DNA of 64,000 nt, from the NCBI GenBank assembly GCA_021802545.1, contig JAJZRS010000001.1, positions 30,822 to 94,821 on the forward strand, given 5' to 3'. Every line of letters starts with the position of its first letter. The stretch's first letter is position 1. The position numbers were made by a program, and so were the translations under genes. The notes under the pieces are model-generated. The model worked only from the letters and a program-made list of their open reading frames with translations, was not told where the DNA came from and did not search any database. This document shows, piece after piece, positions 18,322 through 26,176 of this stretch. This DNA comes from Pseudomonadota bacterium (GTDB lineage Bacteria; Pseudomonadota; Gammaproteobacteria; Burkholderiales; JABEVD01).

Positions 18322-18341
18322 GTAAACCCTGGTTGTAAACC
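18322..18341 (+). repeat. Direct repeat GTAAACC-N6-GTAAACC near the left end of island A
   Basis: GTAAACCCTGGTTGTAAACC. A closely related GTAACCCTGGCGTAACCC sits at 22217-22234 near the right end. Confidence 0.45.
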
Positions 18342-18818
18342 ATTTTGTCAACTCCGGAATTTTGCCACCGACTGGCGAAATGATGCGGCCCGAATTGCCC
18401 TCGACAAAATGCTCCGGGAAGGACCCGCTGGAGCTATCCATGCAGGGATCATCGATTTTTCTGCGGGACGGGCGGGACAGTCTTCTGCAAGCCGCATCTG
18501 GCCGCCTTCTTGCTCGTCCTGAAAGCGCATTTCAACGGCGGGACGCGCAGGGGCAGCCGGGACGCTTTCTCTTGCGGCCGGGCTCAAGGAGGGCACCGAA
18601 ATCATTCCGCTGAAGACCAATTGCAGTACCGCAATTGAAAACAATTCCCCAATTCATATGCAAAACCATTCACTTTTTGCAGATTTTTGCATACGGGATG
18701 GGCGTCGGGTCGATCGAGAAATTCAATATCAACCTGAGTTTATTATCTGAATAATAAGAAGAAAACTATTGAAATCAAAATAAGATCAATGGATTGATGT
18801 TGTTTTGCATGAATAGCA

Positions 18819-19547
18819 TCAATTCGCTGAGCTTGAGCTGCTCGACGTAATCGCCCTGAGGCGTTCAATTACAATATGCACCCTGGCCTGGCTGCCCGGG
18901 TCGCCCGGCATGTGTCCGGGCAAAGCCTCGAGAAATCTGTCATCCTTCAGCAAATCAGCCAAACGCTGCCCGAGATGAATTCTCAGTTTTTCATCGCAGT
19001 GCCTCACTTCTTCCACGATTTCAGGCCTGCCATCGAGAACTGCCACGATATCTTCCATGTCATGGCTCATCATGTAGTCGCCTTTTCCTCTCCCAGCGAA
19101 CGCTGCAAGTTTGGTCGCAAGGAAATAGGGTGCCGAGACCATCCGGATCTTTCTTCCCGAAGGCAATTCCTTCCATTGGGCCGCCTTGAATGCGGGTTGG
19201 TACCATTCGTTGCCGAAACCCAGGATCTCCGGATGGGTCGGCATCACATCGAGCAGTATTTCCCCTGAGCGCCAGCGGCAAATCGGCGCATCCGAACTCA
19301 TGTCTTCGCTGAATCCTGATTCCCGAAGCCGCTTTGACAGGCGCTGGTAATCCACCAGGGAAGCCACCTCGGAAATGGCATCCACGTCTTTTGTGGCGCG
19401 CACAGGCGGAGCAAGCGGATCCGTGATCAGGAGCCCGGTCGCGCAGCCGCCGAGAAACACGAGTTCATTTGCCCATTCGCCGAGTCTGGCAATGGCGAGT
19501 TCCATGATCTCGAGATTGGGATTTGCCGATCTACGCATATTTCGCAA
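18819..19547 (-). CDS. Nucleotidyltransferase-fold protein, AbiEii-like toxin candidate
   Basis: NTase signature (FLGGCATGLL...RATKDVDAI) and a later K..A...R......D.EDI block (ATKLAAFAGRGKGDYMMSHDMEDIVAVL) resemble AbiEii/DUF1814-type proteins. 17-nt overlap with the upstream gene. Confidence 0.5.
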   Translation of the reverse strand: MRNMRRSANPNLEIMELAIARLGEWANELVFLGGCATGLLITDPLAPPVRATKDVDAISEVASLVDYQRLSKRLRESGFSEDMSSDAPICRWRSGEILLDVMPTHPEILGFGNEWYQPAFKAAQWKELPSGRKIRMVSAPYFLATKLAAFAGRGKGDYMMSHDMEDIVAVLDGRPEIVEEVRHCDEKLRIHLGQRLADLLKDDRFLEALPGHMPGDPGSQARVHIVIERLRAITSSSSSSAN

Positions 19548-20049
19548 ACCGATCCTTCAGCTCCTTGATCGCCAATTCACGTTCACGCGCCCTTCCACCC
19601 CTTATGGCATCCACCAGGGCGAGCAGTTCGTAAAGGGTGGGGTCAATGCGCGAAGCCTGCGGAGCGAACTTGTACAGAGGCGAGAAGGCCACGCCCCGCG
19701 CGGAGCCTTCCGGGTCAGGCCAGACAGGAGGCGGCTCGGCGGATTCGGCAAAGTGCCGATCCAGGGGGGGCGCTGCGTAGGAAGTGGGGATGCCTCTGGT
19801 CAACTGCCCGAGTTCCGGCACGAAGACATAACGCAAGCCGTGCACGATGAATTCCTGGAGATTGCGGATATTCGGCGCGATGATGTCTTCCTTTTTCACG
19901 GCGATCTGCGCGGCAAGCGCGCGCCGCACGGCTGAATGAAGCTGCGATGGGCTCATCCCCAGGCTCACGGCCAGCGAGGCATAGGACCAGGGCTGTTGTC
20001 CCATGGCCACCAGCTTGAGCATCACCAGAATGTCCTGCGGCTTCAGCAT
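19531..20049 (-). CDS. Putative winged-helix partner protein (AbiEi-like antitoxin/regulator candidate)
   Basis: The N-terminus MLKPQDILVMLKLVAMGQQPWSYASLAVSLGMSPSQLHSAVRRAL looks like a wHTH. It is first in a two-gene overlapping unit with the NTase. No family assignment is possible by eye. Confidence 0.4.
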   Translation of the reverse strand: MLKPQDILVMLKLVAMGQQPWSYASLAVSLGMSPSQLHSAVRRALAAQIAVKKEDIIAPNIRNLQEFIVHGLRYVFVPELGQLTRGIPTSYAAPPLDRHFAESAEPPPVWPDPEGSARGVAFSPLYKFAPQASRIDPTLYELLALVDAIRGGRARERELAIKELKDRFAKYA

Positions 20050-20060
20050 TCCACATCCAT

Positions 20061-20077
20061 ATTCTAGATTCTAGAAT
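20061..20077. promoter_or_regulatory. Near-perfect 17-bp palindrome just upstream of the AbiEi-like gene (operator candidate)
   Basis: ATTCTAGATTCTAGAAT. The reverse complement differs only at the two central positions. It also reads as tandem TTCTAGA. It lies 11 nt upstream of the start codon at 20049. Confidence 0.4.
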
Positions 20078-20132
20078 TGAGAATACATTGCGGGAATCAG
20101 CAAGTCAAACTGCCCGACGTAAGCGTCTCTAT

Positions 20133-20471
20133 TCAGCTGGGATTCTGATCGAGCAAGGTCTTGATGGCATCTTCAAGTTCTTGAAGATGCTTGTCGATCA
20201 CGTCAGAAACCGTCAGCGGATCTATGTCGCCCAGATAATTGTGCACGAGAATATTGCGAAAACCACTGATATCTCGCCAGGGAATACCGGGAAAGGCGGA
20301 TTTTTGGTCGTCCGGGAGCAATTGGGTGGCTTCCGAAAGGGTTTGCAGGTTTCGCAGCGCTGCATCGTACAGAATTTCATCCTTGGCAATTTCGCCGCGC
20401 ATCTGAATGCGCCTGATCTTGGCGATGGCATCCAGGATGTGCAGCGCGTAGGGCTGCCAAGGTTTACTCAT
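20133..20471 (-). CDS. hepT: HepT-like (DUF86) RNase toxin
   Basis: The R-x4-H-x-Y motif is present as RNILVHNY. Size is 112 aa. 4-nt overlap with the upstream MNT gene. Confidence 0.8.
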   Translation of the reverse strand: MSKPWQPYALHILDAIAKIRRIQMRGEIAKDEILYDAALRNLQTLSEATQLLPDDQKSAFPGIPWRDISGFRNILVHNYLGDIDPLTVSDVIDKHLQELEDAIKTLLDQNPS

Positions 20472-20770
20472 AATTCCACGGCTTCGCCGATCACTTGCTC
20501 GCGAATATGCCGATTGAGTTCGTGCTCAGGTACCAGCTCCACTTTCCGGTGAAGCAGATTTTCGAGACCTGCGGCAAGTGGCATGCGCTGAGCGAAAAGA
20601 TCGTAACCGCGTGGGAGATCAACCAGAATATCCACGTCGCTGTCCGCGCGCTCCTCTCCGCGCGCAACGGAACCGAACACGCGGATGTGCTTCGCACCGT
20701 ACTGGCGCGCCAAGGCTTCGATCTGATTTCTGTTTCGCCTCAACTCATCAAGCAGCATTCCTGTCCCCAT
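20468..20770 (-). CDS. mntA: MNT-type minimal nucleotidyltransferase antitoxin (MntA)
   Basis: GSVARGEERADSDVDILVD NTase signature. Met at 20770 has AAGGTGG upstream. The ORF is open to a TTG at 20794, and another Met lies at 20758. Confidence 0.8.
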   Translation of the reverse strand: MGTGMLLDELRRNRNQIEALARQYGAKHIRVFGSVARGEERADSDVDILVDLPRGYDLFAQRMPLAAGLENLLHRKVELVPEHELNRHIREQVIGEAVEL

Positions 20771-20852
20771 GCTCAGCTGACCACCTTGATGCAATTATAC
20801 TTCTCGTCTGCATTGCGCTGTTGGATTTTTCTTTAATCGTATCATGGTGGAA

Positions 20853-20969
20853 TCAGAATCCGAGCATGCAGCTGGCATTCAACGCGACGAAAACCTGCAG
20901 CACCTTGATCCTGCTCTCGGGTGACTCAGCCCCCGAATAGTCGATGCCGATATAGCGGTCGAATTTCAT
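20853..20969 (-). pseudogene. 38-codon remnant of a gene with an MKFDRYIGIDYSGAE N-terminus
   Basis: Hand translation gives MKFDRYIGIDYSGAESPESRIKVLQVFVALNASCMLGF*. The IGIDYSGA opening is familiar to me as the N-terminus of much longer hypothetical proteins, and here it stops after 38 codons. Confidence 0.3.
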
Positions 20970-21117
20970 CAATCCTTCTTCGCAGTGCATGAAAGCGATA
21001 TTTCAAGCCTGGAGCCGATACAAGTCAACATTTCATGAAGGATCTCGTGCATCACAGATAATCACAGTTGCGGCGCTCAGGCGGCAGGGGTAGGATTCTG
21101 AAAAAAAGAAGAAAAAC

Positions 21118-22026
21118 ATGGGGGAAGACGAACAGATCCGCGCAGCAGCCTTCGAGCATGTCCGGCGTCTTGGCGAAACCATAACGTCCAACGACATCAG
21201 GGCAGGGTTCATGTTCAATGGCGTGCGGATACCGCTGGTCAATCCTCAGCGCGGAATTTTCAAGCCGCGACAGATGCAGCATCTGCTCTCCATCCGGACA
21301 GTTTTCCCCAAGCCCGGTGCAAGGGTTTGGTACGACGATCAGAAGCAAGTCCATCGGCAGATTTTTGAAGGGGAAGAGAGCGTCGATTACGCCTTCATGG
21401 GCGACAATCCCGATGCAGCTGAAAACCGCTGGCTGCGAGAGGCAATGGAAATGCGGAAGCCCTTGATCTATTTTCTCGGTGTTTCCCCAGGGAATTACCA
21501 GGCAATCATGCCGACCTATGTGGCGGGATGGGATGCAATGTCTCTGAAGGCCCAGGTGACATTTGGGTTGCCTAACGAGACCAAACTCGAAATTCCGGCG
21601 AGCGCATTGGAGAGAAGATATGCGCTGCGGGAAATCAAGCAAAGACTCCACCAGGCGTCATTCAGGGAAGCCGTCATCTCGGCATACAATGGACGCTGCG
21701 CTTTATCGGGTTTTCCTGAACCACTGCTTCTTGATGCAGCGCATATCATTTCAGACAAGGACGAAAATTTTGGCCAGCCGGTGGTCCCAAACGGCTTGCC
21801 GCTTTCCAAGATACATCACGCGGCTTTCGATTCCCATTTGATTGGCATTGACCCGGATTTCAAGATACATGTCTCGAAGCGGCTGCTGGATCTGAACGAT
21901 GGCCCGATGCTTGAAGCATTGAAGCAGCTTCACCATCGTTCTATCCACCTTCCCGGACGAATGAAGGATTATCCGGATCGGTCACGCCTCGAAAGACGAT
22001 TTCAGGAATTCAGACAAGGGATGTGA
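21118..22026 (+). CDS. HNH endonuclease (HNH_2 / COG3440-like predicted restriction enzyme) with an unassigned ~190-aa N-terminal domain
   Basis: C-terminal block: YNGRCALSGFPEPLLLDAAHIISDKDENFGQPVVPNGLPLSKIHHAAFDSHLIGIDPD (Cys...AAHI...NG..L....H..FD). The N-terminal domain (GVRIPLVNPQRGIFKP...) is not identifiable by eye. Confidence 0.7.
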   Translation: MGEDEQIRAAAFEHVRRLGETITSNDIRAGFMFNGVRIPLVNPQRGIFKPRQMQHLLSIRTVFPKPGARVWYDDQKQVHRQIFEGEESVDYAFMGDNPDAAENRWLREAMEMRKPLIYFLGVSPGNYQAIMPTYVAGWDAMSLKAQVTFGLPNETKLEIPASALERRYALREIKQRLHQASFREAVISAYNGRCALSGFPEPLLLDAAHIISDKDENFGQPVVPNGLPLSKIHHAAFDSHLIGIDPDFKIHVSKRLLDLNDGPMLEALKQLHHRSIHLPGRMKDYPDRSRLERRFQEFRQGM

Positions 22027-22216
22027 AAGAACATGAATTGCCATAACGTCGGGCAGCAAGTTGCCAGTAACCTGCCGATCAATCTGGGATAGCCTTGAAC
22101 GGTATCCACCAAGCTACTATTGCTACTCGTTTTAACAATCCATCCATGTTAGAGAGTATATCAAGGTAAGTTTAGGGAAATTCGAACCACGAAAGTGCTC
22201 GGGTTTTTCAATTCGT

Positions 22217-22234
22217 GTAACCCTGGCGTAACCC
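22217..22234 (+). repeat. Direct repeat GTAACCC-N4-GTAACCC near the right end of island A
   Basis: GTAACCCTGGCGTAACCC, 47 nt from the 45-bp att repeat. It is the partner of the repeat at 18322-18341. Confidence 0.45.
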
Positions 22235-22280
22235 AGTTAGAAACTGAAAAGGCGATTTGTTGTACAACTAATTGATTTAT

Positions 22281-22325
22281 TGGTGCCGGCAATAGGAATC
22301 GAACCCACGACCTTCTGATTACAAA
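22281..22325 (-). repeat. Perfect 45-bp direct repeat of the tRNA-Thr 3' end (att site between the two islands)
   Basis: TGGTGCCGGCAATAGGAATCGAACCCACGACCTTCTGATTACAAA is identical to 29772-29816. Sequence diverges immediately after, so this is not a second tRNA gene. Confidence 0.9.
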
Positions 22326-22400
22326 CCCTTTGGGGCCTAAAAAATATATGTTTTAAATCAATAGGTAATTTCTTAACTTATTGAAACATAATAATGGTAA

Positions 22401-22440
22401 GTCCTCTTGTGTCCTGTTGTGTCCTCTTATGCCCTATTGG
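22401..22440 (+). repeat. Four tandem 10-bp units phased at one helical turn
   Basis: GTCCTCTTGT GTCCTGTTGT GTCCTCTTAT GCCCTATTGG, lying in the AT-rich arm just inside the left end of island B. Confidence 0.6.
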
Positions 22441-22442
22441 TT

Positions 22443-22463
22443 TGTAGCCTATGTGTAGCCTAG
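22443..22463 (+). repeat. 21-bp motif TGTAGCCTA-N2-TGTAGCCTAG (left copy)
   Basis: TGTAGCCTATGTGTAGCCTAG. A 19/21 identical copy in the same orientation sits at 29697-29717, inside the other end of island B. Confidence 0.65.
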
Positions 22464-22677
22464 AAAATTGGGGACATCGAACCTAGAACACCCCGAAAGC
22501 ATAAAGCTATTCAATTTTGCCACGACAATTGTCTTATTGGCCGATCATCGGCCTTTGCTAACTGAGAAATGGTATGCCTTTTGGGGGCAGGTCAGACCCG
22601 CCATTCAGCGTTTGTTGGCCCTGAACAGCCACGTCGTCATCTGAAGAAATCGGAAAATGGTGGTCTGTCCCGGGTCC

Positions 22678-24099
22678 TTACATAAACATCCGATAGTCGT
22701 AGACATCGTTTACGATGTCGGGTGATTGCTTCACCACTTCAGCAAAGACCTGCGAATACACGAGCGTTACTGGCAGCGTCTTGTATAGTGTGTTGTTGTT
22801 CCAGTCGACCTTTGTGAGGGCAAGAGTGCTCGCGCATGTCGCATGCCATCCCCCAACACCTGAGAAACGGCGCAGCATTATCGGTTTGGGTAGAGGTTTC
22901 AGCGGTGCTTCCTTGAAAACCGGCTGATTGGGTTTCTCCTGATTGATACCATGAACGGCTCCTTGCGTCCAAAGCAGGCACTCGTTTTCTGTAAGTGGCT
23001 GGTAAAGGCCGCGATCAACAGGATATCCTGCAGGAGCCGAGTTCTTGTTCCATTTGTTCGGTCCGTCAATTTTCAACCCATACCAATTGGTTCCGCGGAC
23101 GATCTGAACAAGCTCTATCTCCATCTTCGATCCGAAGGCATCGAACGCGCCTTGGATTTCATCCTCGGTGAAGCCTGTTGTCTTATGGACATAGATCTTT
23201 TTCGGCAAGCGCCCGTTGTGTGAGTTTTGATAAAGCAACAGGCTTTTCGATAACACTGACTGCATCTCTTGATACGTCAGGTATGGATTGCCTTTACGAT
23301 CTGTCGTGTACTCGCGCGTGTCGTAGGCAACAAACTCGAAGCCGGTACCATCGGGATCAAAGACCTGGCTGCAACAAGTACTGTATTCGGCACCATTCTC
23401 AAGCTTCTTGATGGCGTAGCTTAGTCCGATATAAGCCTCATCCTTGTCCCAGTCAGCGAGCTTCCAGGGAATTCCATTTGCCTTTGCATAGAGGGCAACG
23501 CTCAATCCCCATGCGACCTGCGCACGACACGTGCGTTCGAACATAGTGTCGTTGATGATCTGGATTGGAATGTTGAGCGGTGCGACCTTCGCTTTGATCC
23601 TGTCGTGAAGATTGAAGCCTTCGTATAAATAGGCCGCCTTCCATGCAGCAGGCAGATGAACGATCAATACGTCAAACGAATGTGTGAGCTTCTGCAATGG
23701 AAGGATCGCCTGCAAGATCATGTCAGCTAGACCATTGCCATCCCTAGCAGCGGCCATGGTATTGCACTCATTCGGTGTGGGGACGCGCAGATTTTCCGTC
23801 GGCGGTACAAGCTGGGCCCGGAAGACCTTCTCAAACCCCTCATATGCAATGTAGTAGTTTGGAGCTTCACGTACCTGCAGTTTGTTCATCAATTCGCCGG
23901 CAAGCGCATCGAGCCTCGGAAGGAGATTGCTTGGCGGGTATGCAAGTCGGACCACTTTTGGCGCACCGATGTCGAGGCTATATGGGCCATAATCCACCAG
24001 ACCGCGTAACGGATGAGCGTGGGTCTTTCCACCCGCGAAGAGCAGATGCGGTTCCGGCAGAATGGAATTGGCAGGTAGCGCGTTTGGATCGTTAGACAT
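22678..24099 (-). CDS. Short prokaryotic Argonaute (MID-PIWI only, predicted catalytically inactive)
   Basis: 473 aa. MID/PIWI blocks: [54 protein letters not shown], and C-terminal YDYRMFM. The position of the first slicer Asp reads IGLSY. 8-nt overlap with the upstream SIR2-APAZ gene. Confidence 0.85.
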   Translation of the reverse strand: MSNDPNALPANSILPEPHLLFAGGKTHAHPLRGLVDYGPYSLDIGAPKVVRLAYPPSNLLPRLDALAGELMNKLQVREAPNYYIAYEGFEKVFRAQLVPPTENLRVPTPNECNTMAAARDGNGLADMILQAILPLQKLTHSFDVLIVHLPAAWKAAYLYEGFNLHDRIKAKVAPLNIPIQIINDTMFERTCRAQVAWGLSVALYAKANGIPWKLADWDKDEAYIGLSYAIKKLENGAEYSTCCSQVFDPDGTGFEFVAYDTREYTTDRKGNPYLTYQEMQSVLSKSLLLYQNSHNGRLPKKIYVHKTTGFTEDEIQGAFDAFGSKMEIELVQIVRGTNWYGLKIDGPNKWNKNSAPAGYPVDRGLYQPLTENECLLWTQGAVHGINQEKPNQPVFKEAPLKPLPKPIMLRRFSGVGGWHATCASTLALTKVDWNNNTLYKTLPVTLVYSQVFAEVVKQSPDIVNDVYDYRMFM

Positions 24100-25873
24100 T
24101 TTTTCCGCTCCTCCTGCTGAACGCGGAGCGCATGCTGATTTGGAATTCCGCGGGATGTTCGGTGCCTTTGTACGCGATGATGTTCGCGTCCCCTTTCCCG
24201 ATGCCTCCGAGAAAAATCTCGATCCAAGCGCTCAGAATTTGGGAAGCTTGCTTGTTATATCGGCGTATTTTCTTATTGTAGAGAAAGTCGGTGGCTTCTT
24301 CGCGCATCTTGTATGGAGAAATCCAAACATCAGGTTGCAGCAGCAACCACAACTGTCCGTTCCGCTCCTCAACCTTCAGCGAAACGGCCTCTGCCCAATA
24401 GACATCTTTGAGGCCAGGAACCTGGCCGTTAACAACGCCGGGATGAAATTTGCCATTCACATCTTTCCAGGAAAGCGCGTCTCGCAAAGGTTTCAAAGCA
24501 TCGCTGTTGGCCTCCACATGGTAGGTGATGGCGTACCACGTCTTGCCCTGCTTACGCAGCAGGAGAGGTTTGTCAGCTACCAAGGCGGTCGCAACGGTTT
24601 GCTCCACCGTTGACTTCAAGTAAGTCGAAGCGTCGATTACACGAACAAGATCGTCGATCTCGAATGTCGAAATCGACTTAACCCGGTTCGGCTCGTAAAT
24701 CTTGGCAAGTTCCTTGCCGTCTCCCCAGAACAGGATGCGATCCGTGTAACAAACCGAGCAAGGAGGTTGCTTCTCGAACAAGACGTCTTTCAACTGTCTA
24801 ATGTCCAAAGTTCCGTCATAATCGATTGTGCCGCAGGTACTAGGAAAACCTGTGATTCGGAGCGCGTTCGTGCGAAGAATGGGATACGCAGTGCCAACAG
24901 GAGGTAGTGGAATCTTCATTTGCTCAACCGTCGCGCTCCTAACTTTTCCGTCTACGTCCGGATTCTTCTCGGCGACCAATCGCCAGATTTTCGCCAGCAT
25001 CTCATCGAAGGTACCGGTTTCGACGATCCCACCTTTAACGCCCTTACTGTGTGCATAGTCCATCAGCTCACGTACAGGCTTTTCGACGCGAGAAATCCGC
25101 GTAACGGTCCAATACAAACCGTGTGGAAAAGAGTTGTTCTGTTCGATGGCCTCACGGAACATCGCCATCACGTTGCCGTCGCGCCCGCTGTATCCGCTGA
25201 CGACCATCCCGAAGCGAGTAGCGGATGCCACAAGACATTTCTGAATTTCACGATCATTATGGAGCAGATCCTCTGTGAGATTCTTCACGGCCTGATACCG
25301 AAAGTCGCCGTGAACCTTCGCGTAAAACGGAAACCTCTCGGCGTTCAATGCCTCAAGCGCGGCGTAGGAACCTTCAAGATGGAAGGTCGTTAGATTCTTA
25401 CCTGTGATTGAGGCGTAAGCAGATTCAACAACCTCGTCGAAATTGGTTGTGAAGATGATCCGTGCAAGACCGAGGTGGAGGAGTGCAGCTAGCGCGCGGT
25501 GCCCGATCGTTGAGGAAATCTTATCTGTCGAAAGCGCTTTATTGAGATACTTCTGCTGTGCTGCATAGTCTTTCCCGAACAGCAACTCGAAATAGAAGGA
25601 ATATTCGGCCGGATCCCCAAGGGGCGGAAAGCTTCTGCTGTCCATGTACGTCTGTATGCGGGCTTGGACAGATCGATTGCTGACGTCATGTGCAACAACA
25701 TCTTGATTTTCCTGGGTACAGTAGTAACGAAGCTTAAGATCCCAAGTTAGGTCTGTTGCAGTCGGAAGGCCCGAACTGCGTGACGCTCCAGCTCCGAGAA
25801 ACCACATTAGTTGCTTCCCTGTTTGGGCGACAAGCTGGCGGAAGTCGATTTCCTTGATCTCTGGCATCGGCAT
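24092..25873 (-). CDS. SIR2-APAZ protein (NADase effector partner of short pAgo)
   Basis: N-terminal SIR2-type motifs: [38 protein letters not shown]-terminal ~300 aa of APAZ-like size follows. The ATG at 25873 has AAGAGGTG 9 nt upstream. The ORF is open to a GTG at 25885. Confidence 0.8.
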   Translation of the reverse strand: MPMPEIKEIDFRQLVAQTGKQLMWFLGAGASRSSGLPTATDLTWDLKLRYYCTQENQDVVAHDVSNRSVQARIQTYMDSRSFPPLGDPAEYSFYFELLFGKDYAAQQKYLNKALSTDKISSTIGHRALAALLHLGLARIIFTTNFDEVVESAYASITGKNLTTFHLEGSYAALEALNAERFPFYAKVHGDFRYQAVKNLTEDLLHNDREIQKCLVASATRFGMVVSGYSGRDGNVMAMFREAIEQNNSFPHGLYWTVTRISRVEKPVRELMDYAHSKGVKGGIVETGTFDEMLAKIWRLVAEKNPDVDGKVRSATVEQMKIPLPPVGTAYPILRTNALRITGFPSTCGTIDYDGTLDIRQLKDVLFEKQPPCSVCYTDRILFWGDGKELAKIYEPNRVKSISTFEIDDLVRVIDASTYLKSTVEQTVATALVADKPLLLRKQGKTWYAITYHVEANSDALKPLRDALSWKDVNGKFHPGVVNGQVPGLKDVYWAEAVSLKVEERNGQLWLLLQPDVWISPYKMREEATDFLYNKKIRRYNKQASQILSAWIEIFLGGIGKGDANIIAYKGTEHPAEFQISMRSAFSRRSGKNV

Positions 25874-25994
25874 TGTGAGCTGCACCTCTTATAACTGCCC
25901 AATTAAATATAAACCCACAGGCTCCACAAAACCTACCAGTTATTCCGGTGTCGATAGGTTCGCTTATGGTCAGTAGCGATCATTCTAGCCCGTT

Positions 25995-26061
25995 GGCATC
26001 AGGCCGCAAAGGCCGATGCCCAGGCCTCGCCCGAGGCCGAAGAAGTTGTGTACTGTTACAC
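25995..26061. other. Cluster of GC-rich stem-loops in the divergent intergenic region (candidate structured RNA or protein-binding element)
   Basis: Hairpin 1: GGCATC-a-GGCC-gcaaa-GGCC-GATGCC (25995-26020). Hairpin 2: GGCCTCG-cc-CGAGGCC (26023-26038). Hairpin 3 is weaker: GTGTA-ctgt-TACAC (26048-26061). The surrounding island DNA is AT-rich. Confidence 0.4.
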
Positions 26062-26113
26062 GACCGCATTGGTGTACATTCCAGGCATTTAGGTTGTAAA
26101 GTACGTTTTGATT

Positions 26114-26142
26114 TTGGAACGATTCAGCCCAAATGTTAATAA
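26114..26142 (+). promoter_or_regulatory. Sigma70-like promoter candidate for the RT-nitrilase gene
   Basis: TTGGAA-N17-TAATAA, ending 35 nt upstream of the ATG at 26177. This is a pattern match only. Confidence 0.3.
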
Positions 26143-26176
26143 GCGGCAAGATAATTGTACAAATATCCAAGGATTG

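Larger units (their letters stand above)
18120..22280. mobile_element. Distal (older) genomic island A: toxin-antitoxin/abortive-infection-type genes and an HNH endonuclease; no recombinase
   Basis: Bounded by the decayed tRNA-end repeat (18102-18119) and the perfect 45-bp repeat (22281-22325). Both ends are AT-rich and ORF-poor and carry related GTAA(A)CC direct repeats. Cargo is exclusively accessory-type. Confidence 0.55.

Noticed and set aside
18120-18818. Overlapping 65-98-aa ORFs on both strands in the GC-richer patch at 18.35-18.64 kb, considered as a decayed integrase or small genes
   Set aside because: The translations are Ala/Arg/Pro-rich with no recombinase hallmarks (no R..HxxR..Y-type blocks visible). 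The ORFs overlap each other. An integrase would also be expected at the tRNA-proximal end of an island, not here. The patch is left unannotated, and a pseudogene or ncRNA cannot be excluded.
22401-22440. Possible CRISPR-like or minisatellite array
   Set aside because: The units are only 10 bp, directly abutting with no spacers, and there are only four copies. This is not a CRISPR array. It is reported instead as a phased protein-binding-type repeat.
22541-22555. Palindrome GGCCGATCATCGGCC downstream of the pAgo gene as its terminator
   Set aside because: On the transcribed minus strand it is followed by AATAAG rather than a U-tract, and the stem is only 6 bp. This is too weak to call.
25948-26170. 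63-aa (+) and 61-aa (-) ORFs in the SIR2-APAZ/RT intergenic region
   Set aside because: Neither has an RBS. The translations are Arg/Gly/Cys-rich and are dictated by the GC-rich hairpins. The hairpins themselves are the more plausible feature.
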